A DNA stretch of 64,000 nucleotides from Felis catus (lineage: Eukaryota), in the NCBI RefSeq assembly GCF_018350175.1, contig NC_058368.1:129334001-129398000 (forward strand), read 5' to 3'. How positions within the stretch are numbered: the first letter of the stretch is position 1; every line of letters begins with the position of its first letter. A program made the translations under genes and the position numbers. This document shows positions 49,310 through 60,510 of this stretch, piece by piece. The notes below the pieces were generated by a model that searched no databases, was not told the origin of the DNA, and saw only the letters and a program-made list of their open reading frames with translations.

Positions 49310-49879
49310 AATGAATACTTGATCTTAAAACCACCAGTCATTATTCCTTGCCTGGCCTCTCCCACAGGACAGAACCAGTGCTCCAGAATGATTTCCAGAT
49401 TCAGAACAGGGGACACCTTCCCTTTCCTTTGCTTCTGGAATTGGTGTTTCACTGTCCTACGGTTCAGCCTATACCTCTGATCCTGGGATTTCCCCATCTG
49501 GTGTCATTCACTGCTCCTAAATCCTAGCTCCAGACTGGAAACCCAGCTAGCAATATGGTGTAGACGATACCAGATTGCTACCAAAAAGTTGAAAGAATGT
49601 TATGTTCCCTAGGTTCTCTCCATGGGTTTGGAGGAAGGTGGGTCCCATGAATGGGTACACCCTGGAGCAATTGCTTGAGGTCAAGAAGGATGAGGAGCCA
49701 AAGAAGAAATAAGCAGTGAAATGGTAGCTCACTTAAAATTGTGTCATAATCAAGGCTAAGTGCTGATTGTCCTGGATACAAAGACAATGAGTTACAAACT
49801 CCACCTGGATGGAGTCTTGATGACATGTGTGCTGATTCTTCAGTGTCACCTTGGACACCTTCCGGGGCGGGGGGGGGGA

Positions 49880-50260
49880 GGTCGCTGTGCTGTTCCTAAC
49901 TCAGGAAATTTGGTATCACCATTCCCTCTAGGAAGAACGTATTTTTCCCTGATATTTATATCCCTCCGTCCCTCATCTCCTCCAGATCTGTACACAGATA
50001 TCGCCTTCTCCATGATGTCTTTCCTGATCTCCTTGCTTGTTATTGCTATTCCTACCCCTCACCCAACAAGGCAATCCCTCTCTTCCTTTCCTGCCTTATT
50101 TTTTTATCAAGAACACTTATCACCATCCTGTGCAGTTCACATTTTACTTTTTGTTTTGTTGATTGCCTCCCTTCACTAGAATACGTGCCCCATGATTTGT
50201 CTCTTGGCCCCTGGAACATATTATAGATGCTCAGAAAATATTTGCTGAATGAAGGAGGAA
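49880..50260 (+). mobile_element. L2a 3' end
   Basis: gattgcctcccttcactagaatacgtg...atagatgctcagaaaatatttgctgaatgaa. Confidence 0.7.
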
Positions 50261-51356
50261 AGGAGGGATAGACAGAAGCAATGGGAGGCTGGCCAGAGTG
50301 GGCTGGGAGATAGAGACAGGCCAAGACAAAAGCATGTATAAGTGCTTGAAGACTCACAGTCACCCTGAGGACACCAATGAGGTCAGCCCAGGGACTCCAA
50401 GGCACTGCCGAGCTTTAGCTTCCCCATTGCTTCTGCTGGTTCCTCACTGTCAGCCTGTCAGGCATACTCAAGGTTCTCCACTCCTTGACCCAGAGCTGTC
50501 CTTGGTCTACCTTCTCCCCATCTTAACCACACTTGAACAAGTAGCCAGCCAGCACCCTGAATCTCCACTTACTTACCTCCCATGGACTTTGAATTAGACT
50601 TTGGTCCAGATCTGTCTGCTAAAGGGAACTCAAATCAAAGTCCCAAACTAAATTGATCCCATTTACCCTGCCATCAGTCAGAGATCATCTTTCTCACCAA
50701 CCCCCTTAATCCCAGGTTTTTTTTTATAAGCACAGCATCTATTTGGATGTCCAGATAGAATCTTGAGCATCTTCTTTTACCTTTCAAAGGTGTACTGACT
50801 GCACCTGCTTCTGTCATTTCCTGTGCAACCACTGCTTCCCCTCCCATCCTCCTCATCTCTTAATTGGCAGGTGTCCTAACCATCTTCCTTCTTTAAGTCC
50901 CCTTGAGCCCCATCCATTAACATTTCCCATCACCTGGGGGGCTTGTTAACATGGCATATAAGGCCCTCCATGTTCTAACTGTTCCTTCTCCAGTTCCGTC
51001 TCTCTTCATTGCTATTATGTTGAATTTTCTCCAGTCCTTTGCACAGACAGTCCCCCTGCTAGGCGTTCCCTCTGCCACTCCTACTTACCCTTTAAGATTC
51101 AGCTCAAGTGTCATTATGATTTTGCCCATATTGCATAGCACATGTTCACTTTTTAAAAGCCTTATCTTCAATTGGATCAGCAATGTTCAAAGAATAATGG
51201 ACTTGATATTTTTTCCCGATACATAGTAAATGCATAGTTATTAAGAATGTCCATCCACACAACCTCCAAAGATCATCTTGGATACCACCAAAGTCACCCC
51301 ACTTTTTTAAAACAGTGGGATGGGCCGTCTTGCTGTTTAAAGTCATAGAGTTGGAG

Positions 51357-51556
51357 GGGTGCCTGGGTGGCTCAGTCAGTTAAACATCTGACTTCGGTTC
51401 AGGTCATGATCCCACGGTTTGTGAGTTTGAGTGCTGCATCGGGCTCTGTGCTGACAGCTGGGAGCCTGGAGCCTACTTCGGATTCTGTGTCTCCCTCTCT
51501 CTCTGCTCCTCCCCTGCTCATCTTCTGTCTCTCTGTCTCTGAAAAATAAATAAACA
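51357..51556 (+). mobile_element. Carnivore (feline) SINE lacking an A tail
   Basis: Full body ending aataaataaaca; perfect 14-bp TSD tcatagagttggag. Confidence 0.95.
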
Positions 51557-51644
51557 TCATAGAGTTGGAGAGAGCTGTGAGAAGCCAATCATACTGCCTT
51601 TAGTAAGATCTGAAATATTATGCTTTGATGGTATAATATTCAAG

Positions 51645-51860
51645 TTATTAACAATTACTGAGTGTCTCTTACATGCTGGACACTGTTCTGCATGACTTAT
51701 ATTCACTCATTTAATCCTCATAATAACTACGAAATGAGACTAAAATCATCTTTATCTTACAGAAAAGAACATAGAGGCTCAGAGTGGTTAAGTAATTTGC
51801 CCAAGGTCACACAGCTGATAAGGGTTGACCCTTCTATTCAAACACAACCACTTGAGTAGA
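51645..51860 (-). mobile_element. MIR
   Basis: tcatttaatcctcataataac...gaggctcagagtggttaagtaatttgcccaaggtcacacagct. Confidence 0.85.
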
Positions 51861-54619
51861 GTGAGATTATCACTTCTAACAGGTGTTAATGCCTCCAATA
51901 GTCTATAGATGAGACTGTTCTTGGCACCTAAACTTTGCTGTACTACAGCCTGTTCTTGCTGGTGGAAGGAGGGATGCTTTGCCGGAAGGCTGCCAGGATA
52001 CTCAGAAAAGGAACCTCTTGAAAGTGGACAACTCAGTAGTCTATGACTCTCTAATCTTAGTTTAAGAAGTTCTTTGTGGCAGGAGCCAACTTGGTATCCC
52101 TTTGATAGAATCCCTGGCTGCTGGCCCTTTCTGCTATCCTGTGCGTTTTTTGGGTCTCCAGAGATAGCCTGAACTTTCCAGCTCTAAGCAAGAAAGCTTT
52201 GGAACCAAATCATCCATGTTCTTCTTGAAACTCATAAGCCCGACCCCTGTTGAACATATTAGAGAACTTTGTTCTTCTGCAGAACAGGTTCTCCTACAGA
52301 AGAACCTCAAAGCCAGAGGCTGAGCTCCTGCTCCTACATGTCACTTGCCCTATCTTAAAAAAAATCCTGGCTTGAAATATTTATGCACCTGATTGTTTGG
52401 GAGTTTTGTGGAACCTGCACGTGTCAATTAAACAGCTCATTCCTGTCACATGCTTGTCACATTCACTGGGAGCCTGCGTGTCACAGCTTTTGAAATGACG
52501 CAGCCCAGATGCTATGGATCAGCTCAGTGTCTCTTGGAGAAACCCATGCTCAGCTATATCCCTGTGGGTGATAAACAGGATGGATGTCCCCATCCCCTGA
52601 TAAAGCACTTCTATCTATAAACGCATAACTCAAAAGGAATTACCACCAATATTCTTTTAATTGGAAATATCTTTCTTCCTCCTAAGCAGATACATGCAAG
52701 CTCCTTTTCTGCAGAAGCCATCCATAGAAAAGGAACATGTGTGTGAAAGACAGCCTGTTTAATCTTTCCCTGTAATCAGCTCCCCGGAGCCCAAATGCTG
52801 AGTCTGTAAAAGTTGCAAGCCCAGGCCACTCTTCTGCTCACTCCTGCTAACGACTTACTCGGCCTGCCCTGCCCCTTCTTCCTGACTTTGGCAATGGGAC
52901 TCCTTGGAAAGCCAGCACTTTCCACCCTAAGGGAGATTCTCCATCAAAATCAGACACCCTAGAAAAATAGAGCTTAGGCGAAGCGGCTTTTCTGATCCCA
53001 TTATTGATAAGCTCTTAGAGCTCATCAATGGAAATTAGAACTTGTTAATCCTGTACATTTCCCCCCTTGATTTTTAATTACAGAAGAAAGAAGTAATGGA
53101 TAACTTATGGGGCTACAGAGACACTGAGGCTGTCAAGAGAAAATTAAATTTACGGTCAGAGAGTTTTGTTTTCTCAAGTGTCCTTGTAAAATGCAAAAGA
53201 GGCTCCTGGCATCACCAAGGCAATTCAACTGGTTTCCTAAACTGGCAGGGTTTTCCTCGAAGAAGCCCTCCTTCATTTGCCAAGAGAGTGTATTAATGAC
53301 AAGGACTGGACCTAAAGGGAACTCATTCAGAAGAAAACTGCATTAAAAGAACATTAAGGGCGATGTTTTAAAGTCTGATTTAAACTCATGAAAGCAAGGA
53401 GATTTATTGTCGAAGCCAAATCGCCAAGCTGACGCGCCCTGCCTGGTAATGCATTCCGATTGGAGCACAGGGGATTGAATCCGTTCAGAACCATCGCTCA
53501 CCGGGGCTCAGGCGCTCCTGCTGGGGGAGAAGAAGAGAACCAAAGTGGGACACGGGCTGGGGGCAGCCACGTTTCTGAAAGCAGATAGGCTGACCTCCCA
53601 CAGGGGCCGACCCACCAGGGAAGCAGGAGGAGGAGGGCGCTGCCAGCTGAGGTCCGCCTTGACATTAGCACAGAGCTTAGCAGCCTTTGAGCTTCCCAGC
53701 ACAGGCCCATGGTTGCTGGGGTGCTGCTCCCTGGGGAAGCTGGAGGCTCAGCAGGCTGTTCCAACCCCTCTCTTCTGACTCCTCACCCCCTCCTGCGTTA
53801 TCCTCTTTGGCAGCCCCTCCTGCAAGCGTTTAGACCCACGGCAGAACGGTCACCCCTCCCTGTCCAACCCATTGCTCTGTTTCACGTGACCACACTCTGC
53901 TTTGGAGTAATGCAACGCAGGTGTCTCACCTGGGCTGCAGACCTGGACTCCAGCCAGAAGGCCAGCTGCTTGCCACCTTGCAACTCAGGATCTGATTTCT
54001 AGCTTCGGAGTGTCAGTACCAATGTTGGAAAGGCACAGCCAGTCACCCCAGAAAACTCGAAGAACACAGCCTCGAGCCTGTGCTCTCTATCCCCATCTCG
54101 GTGCAGGGGTGCTGCCAGGGTACCTCCCACTGCTCCCGATGCCAGCTTTTATGGTTCCCCCCCTCCGTAGCCTCATATCTGTTCTCAGTAGCTGCAGCCC
54201 CGCAGTTCAGCTTCGTACTTTTTCACGAAGCCTTGGAACTGATTCTGTCTCATGTTTTTCCTGGTGTTTCAGTGCCTGGACAGATACTCACTTCCCGGTA
54301 TCTGTGCCCCTCTAAACCTTGTGGAATCTTTACCGTGTCTGGATGCAGGTTTGTCTTTTCAAGTGGCTGAGTTTGGACAGCCAAGGGGCTGTCCGGATGC
54401 GGATGTGAAGTCATCTGCCAAAATTACAGGAGCCAAGAGCATCACAAGAGGAGAGACAGAAAAGCCTTTGGTGAAGGCAAATCCAGGGTCCAAGACCAGG
54501 AGAGCCCATGGGAGTCAGGGTGCAAACGTGCCTCAGAGAACTGGGTGGCAGGAGAATGGGGAGTCCAGGCAGTTGGCACGGGCTGTGTGAGCCTTTCATC
54601 ATGCATCTCCTTACTTGTA

Positions 54620-55000
54620 CATTGAGTGCTTCACAATATCACTGAGCATGAAGCTATGGAAGCAATAAATAATATAACAACTATGTAAACGTTAGGAGAA
54701 ACAACTGGGGAGAAGGTGGGAGAGGACTTCTCAGAGGCAGTGGCCACTCAGAGTTGGGTTTTGAAAGGAAAGTAGAAATTTGCCAAGACAGGAAGTGGGT
54801 AGGAAGTGGGGGTGGGTTGAGGTTAAGCTCAGAGCATGACTGGGGTGGAGACATGTGGCCAGTTTCCTTTGGGGAGCAGAGAGCTGTGGAAGACGAGACT
54901 GGAAATGTCCTCAGGAGCACGATTGCAAAAGTTCTCGGTGTTATGCTAAGAAACCTTAACTTTCTCATGCAGCCAATAGGAGGAAGCCATTAAATGTATT
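54620..55000 (-). mobile_element. L2 remnant
   Basis: gaggacttctcagaggcagtgg...gagttgggttttgaaagga...caataggaggaagccattaaa. Confidence 0.55.
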
Positions 55001-55234
55001 TTAGGTAGCTTCCGAGTTAGTACTAGTCCAAGGTGGCTAAACCCCCACAACTGATCAGACTGCTGGCCTACTTGGGTTAGAGAGGGAGATACTGGAGGTG
55101 GGGCCCGCTGTGAACTTCCTTTCCAGGAAACGTCTCATAGGTTCCACATTTTGCATGTGATCTCACGGAAGTCGTGGACCTAAAGCTATTTCTGGGAAAT
55201 AACTTGTTTCCTAGGGAGAATTTCATTCTTCTTA

Positions 55235-55311
55235 GGGGATGTGTGCTAAAGTGTTTAAGGATGATATGTCACAATGCCTGCGACTAATTTTCAAATCATT
55301 TGTCAGCACAT

Positions 55312-55360
<49 letters not shown>

Positions 55361-55492
55361 GGGGAGGGAGAGAGAGAAATGAAGAAACTGAGGCAAGATG
55401 TAAACAGTTGATGAATCTAGGGGAATAGTATATGGATGTTCATCACAATTTCTTTCAACTTTTCTGTACATTTGAAATTTTTAAAAATAAAA
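55235..55492 (+). mobile_element. Old L1 (L1ME-like) 3' end containing (TG)n at 55320-55359
   Basis: gatgaatctaggggaatagtatatggatgttcat...tttcaacttttctgtacatttgaaatttttaaaaataaaa. Confidence 0.75.
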
Positions 55493-56297
55493 GCAAAGCA
55501 AAGCAAAACTCTCGCTCAAGGCAGAAGTAGCAGGAATGAATGTAAAGTGATGAATTTTATTCATTTATATTCCTTCACCACATACTGTCTGAATACCTAC
55601 TATAGTTGTTCAATATTTAGTCGGAACAATCAATAGGACTTAGTGCCTGACGGGAGGCGAGTGGGGGAGATGATGGAGGAGGTGCGGTAACGGAGCGCGA
55701 AGTAGCCGGCGTGAATGACGGCTGGTTCAATTAACAAAGAGACGAGAAGGCAGAAGGGCAGCAGGCCGGAGGAGGGGAGAATGAGTTCAGTTCCGTGGAC
55801 AGCATTTTAAAAGGAGTGTTGATGAACTTGAATGAGTTAGGAAGAGCCATCAGAAGCAAGGTATAAGAGAAACAGGGTGGGCCAAGGACAGGGATATATT
55901 TGGGACGAGGTGAGGGTGGGTGTTGTCTGCAGTTGTCTGCAGACAAGAATAATATTAGGAAGTGTTGTGGACTAGATTCACATGACCTGAGAGGGCTATA
56001 TTTGGAAGATGGGAGACAGTGACAGAGATAGTTTTGGGCTCAGGGTGTACAGGGACTTGACCCCAATCGTACTGTTGGACAGCTTCAGTCTCAGAAGACA
56101 AGTCACTAGGTGTCGAATGCTGGGCATCAGTCACAGGTCAGGAAGGCAGGGTCTCTATTCTCAAACAGCTCCCATTTTGCCATCGGATCTTCACAATCAA
56201 TACCGGGCAGAAAACAAAGCCGTATTGCTTGACACAGACCTTCAAATTCTTAGAAAACCTACAGTTGTCTGTTCCTTGTCTTCCCATTTCCATCCAG

Positions 56298-56379
56298 GCA
56301 CTTAGAAGGACGACAAGTCACGGCAGATGCAAAAATTCACAGGGTGTGTTGTGGCAAATAGGAATCCCAGGAGTCCGAG
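56298..56379 (+). other. Candidate 82-nt internal exon
   Basis: Acceptor tgtctgttccttgtcttcccatttccatccag|G and consensus donor GAG|GTAAGT. Confidence 0.35.
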
Positions 56380-57019
56380 GTAAGTAGCTATTTCCAAAAT
56401 GTCACGGTCCCTCCGCAACCTCTCCTACCTCCGTAACAGACAGTGCAGCTAGGGAGGACTGGCCTTCTGGAGGGACAGTTGAACCTGGCCTTGAAAGGGA
56501 GATGGGAATGTTCCAGGGAAAAGGAAAGAAGACATTCCAAGGTGAACGACGTAGCAGAATGGAAGCTAAACCATCCCAGTCGCCCTCCCCTGGCCTCTCT
56601 CAGGAAAATAGGCTTGAGAATTAAAAGAAAACCCAGACAGTAGAACCCTAGTTTCTTTCAGGCTCTTGTCTTCTTTGACCTGAGTCCTGTACTCGGGCTA
56701 TTTATTTATCTCCCTGGTTTAGGGGCTTTGCTCTAGGTCAGAGGTTGCAGGGTAAATCCCCAGACTCCCATTCTGGAGATGTTTCAACTCGAGTACCTAC
56801 AAAATTTGGGGCCCCAAGGCTCATTTCGCTTTCAGTTGCTCTCCTCCTCATCCTCCAACTAAGCCCAGAAACAACGGTGTGAGCTATGTCCCTCAGTTCC
56901 CAAAAAACAGCTCTGGCTGGCTCCCTCGCTCCCCAAGGGGAAATATGAAAATTGCCTTTTAAAATTTCTCAGTAGACAAGTCCTTGTGTCATTGACACCC
57001 TCCTCCTCTCTTAACATCT

Positions 57020-57255
57020 CCTTGGCTAACATTTGTGGAGCACTTTCTATGTGCCAGGCATCTTGTGGGTTTTTTACATACATTTCATTTCCATAGCAGC
57101 CCGATGAGGAAGGTGTTATAATTAACCGCATCTACAGACAAGGAAACTAAAGCTTAGAGTGCTTGAGCAATTTGCTCAAGGTCATGCCGCTGAGATGCCA
57201 GAGAGTGGATGCCAGAATCGTGGGAGATGGATTCCAGTACACAAGCTCTTAAAAC
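57020..57255 (-). mobile_element. MIR
   Basis: ctatgtgccaggca...acaaggaaactaaagcttagag...atttgctcaaggtcat. Confidence 0.75.
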
Positions 57256-57264
57256 TTCATGCGA

Positions 57265-57498
57265 GGGGCGCCTGGGTGGCTCAGTCGGTTAAGCATTTGA
57301 CTTCCGCTCAGGTCATGATCTCACTGGGTTTGTGAGTTTGAGCCCTGCATCAGGCTCTGTGCTGACAGCTCAGAGCCTGGAGCCTCCTTCAGATTCTGTG
57401 TCTCCTCTCTCTGCCCCTCTCATGCTCATGCTCTGTCTCTCTCTGTCTCTCAATAATAAATAAACATTAAAAATTTTTTTTAAATAAAAATTAAAAAA
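57265..57498 (+). mobile_element. Carnivore (feline) SINE
   Basis: ggggcgcctgggtggctcagtcggttaagc start, CT tract, aataaa, A/T tail. Confidence 0.95.
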
Positions 57499-57589
57499 TC
57501 CATGTAACAGCTACACTGGCTCATTCTAGAGGTCCTTAGTCCACATCCTGAACACAATTAAAAAAAACAAAAATCAAAAACCAAACACT

Positions 57590-57750
57590 GAGATACTGCT
57601 ACTGTGTTTCGGGTTTTGTTCTAGGGATTTTATATGTATCAGTTCCAGTAACTTCAAAGCCACTTGGCGAAGGAAGCGCTGTTATCATCTACTTTTTTAA
57701 GGATAAACAAATGGAGGCACAGAGAGGTTAAGTGACTTCCCTGAGGTCAG
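57590..57750 (-). mobile_element. MIR
   Basis: aaatggaggcacagagaggttaagtgacttccctgaggtca core. Confidence 0.65.
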
Positions 57751-58105
57751 AATTTTAACTCAGGCGGTCCATCCCGTAACTGTATTGCTGTGACATCTTG
57801 CCTGAGAGACAAGTGTATAGAGTATGCATGTATAACTTGCAAGGGGGGACCTTTTCAGGAATGTTGCCCATGTGGGGTGGACTTCCAGCATCTCCTGTGG
57901 CCACTGTCCCTGTTCCGTACCGTACCCTGTACCAATGGTCATGTAGCATCCTTTGCCGTCATCCTTGTCCCCAGAGCACAACAAGAGAGAGGATTCCTAA
58001 GTGTATCCTGAACATCATGGGGGGAGCTTAATTCTCAAGTGTTAACAATGTGAAACTCTTGGAGAAACAGGTTCATAATGTGAAAATTCTGCGAGATAGT
58101 ACATT

Positions 58106-58346
58106 TTTTAATTTTTATTTTATTTAAAAAAAATTTTTTTTTTCAACGTTTATTTATTTTTGGGACAGAGAGAGACAGAGCATGAACGGGGGAGGGGCAG
58201 AGAGAGAGGGAGACACAGAATCAGAAACAGGCTCCAGGCTCTGAGCCATCAGCCCAGAGCCTGACGCAGGGCTCGAACTCACAGACCGTGAGATCGTGAC
58301 CTGGTTGAAGTCGGACGCTTAACCGACTGCGCCACCCAGGCGCCCC
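58106..58346 (-). mobile_element. Young feline SINE (same subfamily as the 49086 copy)
   Basis: CpG-rich; TSD agatagtacatt (58094-58105, 58347-58358). Confidence 0.97.
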
Positions 58347-60210
58347 AGATAGTACATTGTTTTAAATTAGCATAGTTACTCTCAAAGTTAGAAAGGAAAA
58401 AGTTTCTTGCTACTGGCATTTATTACATAGTTTGTCTCAGCCTAAATGAAAGCATTTTGGTAAAAAAATTTTCCTGCCATCTATAAAAAAAAGAGAGAGA
58501 GAATCACTGATTTGTATATAAAGAAAGGGAAAAGGGGAGAGGCAAGGAGGAAAGACACAAGAAGGGAGGGCATGAAGAAAAGAAAACTTTTTTCTTACTT
58601 TGGACTATGCATCATGGTTAATGAGAATATAATCTGATCACCTAAAATAGTCTGGCCTTACTTATGCCCTCTGGTTGGTGATTATTTTTGCCTTCATAGG
58701 AAATATTTTGATTTAAAATTTTCATTATATTAAATCTTCCTTAAGTCTTAGAGTAGTATGCCCCAGGCTGACAGTCACAATTTACAAACCATTTGTAAAC
58801 CAAAGCTTACAACTGGTTTGGCCAGGGCCCCAACCAGTCAGAGCAAGTGCTCCCTGGTATATGGTGTCCATGGGAATCAACTAGATCTCAACCCTCAGAT
58901 GTCATTGATCTGGGATTTTAAAATGAGATCAATGGAAAAACAATATAGCGAAAGCTTTTGCTCCTCTCAGCTCATTTTCTGTAGGATTTAAATAATCTAA
59001 AATGTAGCCAGAAACCAGAAGAGCTCAGCAAAAAATGATGGAGCCACTTAGCATATCTAGAAGGAGGTCTGTATAGCAAGGCTCACACGGTCTGTTCACA
59101 GGACAGTTGATAGAAGGGATTCTCTGCCAGTGGTTTTGACTTTGAAACCACCTTCATGTTTGCCATGTTTTCATCAATCTTGAGACAGGAGACTGCAGAG
59201 GGAAGAATTACTTCTGGAGACAGTATACGTTAATAAGAGCAAAAGAGACAAAGAGACAATAGCACAGGGGAAAACCCCAACATCCAGACACAGCAACTCT
59301 AAACACACAAGAAGCTGAGGTTATCTAGTACAGGGGCAAATAGCCCTGTACAGAGCATTCAATACTCCCAGAGGGCAAAGCATCATCACAATTATGTATA
59401 CTGATGACTGGACCACCAGGAAAAGATGAAGTTGTGTTCTGGGTAGAGAAAAAATCAGAAAAGGATGAATTCAATGAATGGAAAATCTTTGCATACAAAC
59501 ATTTAAAATTCTAAAAGGAAAAAAAAATCAAAAACCCTGAGTAATCCTTAAAAGAATAGCTTCTGATATATCTCTTAGGGTATGAAATAATGTTACTGTG
59601 TTTATATGTATGTTCTTACCTGTAAAAGTGTAAGAATAGACTGTTACACAGTATAAAGGAAATGGCATTATCTAGGAAAATTTAACTACTGAGTTTTATA
59701 GTGAATTAATAGCCATAAGGTAAGAAGATGGAAGAAATTATATTTTCAAGGATCTCAAGGAGGCTGACACAATTCACTTGGTCAGCTGGAACTATTCTCC
59801 ACCTGAAAAGTGGCTGCAGAGGGTGGGGGAGGACTGGGCTGTGCTTCCAGGGACAGGGCGACATGAGTGTGTGAGTTTCATGTTGTAAGCCTGCACTTTT
59901 CAGAAGATAGTGGGCATGAGGGGAGGCCAGAAAATGACAGAAAGCTGAGAGGTACGAGATCCCGTCTCTTATCAAATGTGAATCTCCGATCAACTTACCA
60001 GATTGTGTAAAAGGACAGGACTTTTTTCATGTACTAGCTAGCGGGGCACCAAATTAACCTCAGACTTTTGGATTTAGGAGAATTGGAGGAAATCAAGAGG
60101 AGGTAAGGTCATGAACTTGTAGGAATTGTGAGGATGACTGATGGGTTCAGAATTTGGGGATTTGAACCAATTTACCTAAATCTCTGAGACTCAGGAAAGC
60201 CCAGTAGAAA

Positions 60211-60212
<2 letters not shown>

Positions 60213-60256
<44 letters not shown>
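60213..60256. repeat. (TG)n microsatellite
   Basis: Seen directly. Confidence 0.95.
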
Positions 60257-60257
<1 letters not shown>

Positions 60258-60304
60258 TAGGTATATATGTTTGTATGTGTATGTGTATCTGTTTTTTAAT
60301 AACC

Positions 60305-60510
60305 GATAGTTATTGAATACCTGTTGAGTGACAGGTGCTATGTTAAGTGCTTTTATATTCATGATTTCATTTAATCTGTAAGCCAACTTCTGTGAGGTAA
60401 GAATTGCGACAGTGAAGAAATTGATCTCAGAGAGGTTAATTCGCTTGCCCAAAGTCAAAGTCACATGGTCAAAGAGTGGTTATTCTAAAGTGCATTCTTT
60501 CTGCCCAACC
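60305..60510 (-). mobile_element. MIR
   Basis: ttattgaatacctgttgagtgacagg...atttcatttaatc...tcagagaggttaattcgcttgcccaaagtca. Confidence 0.75.
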
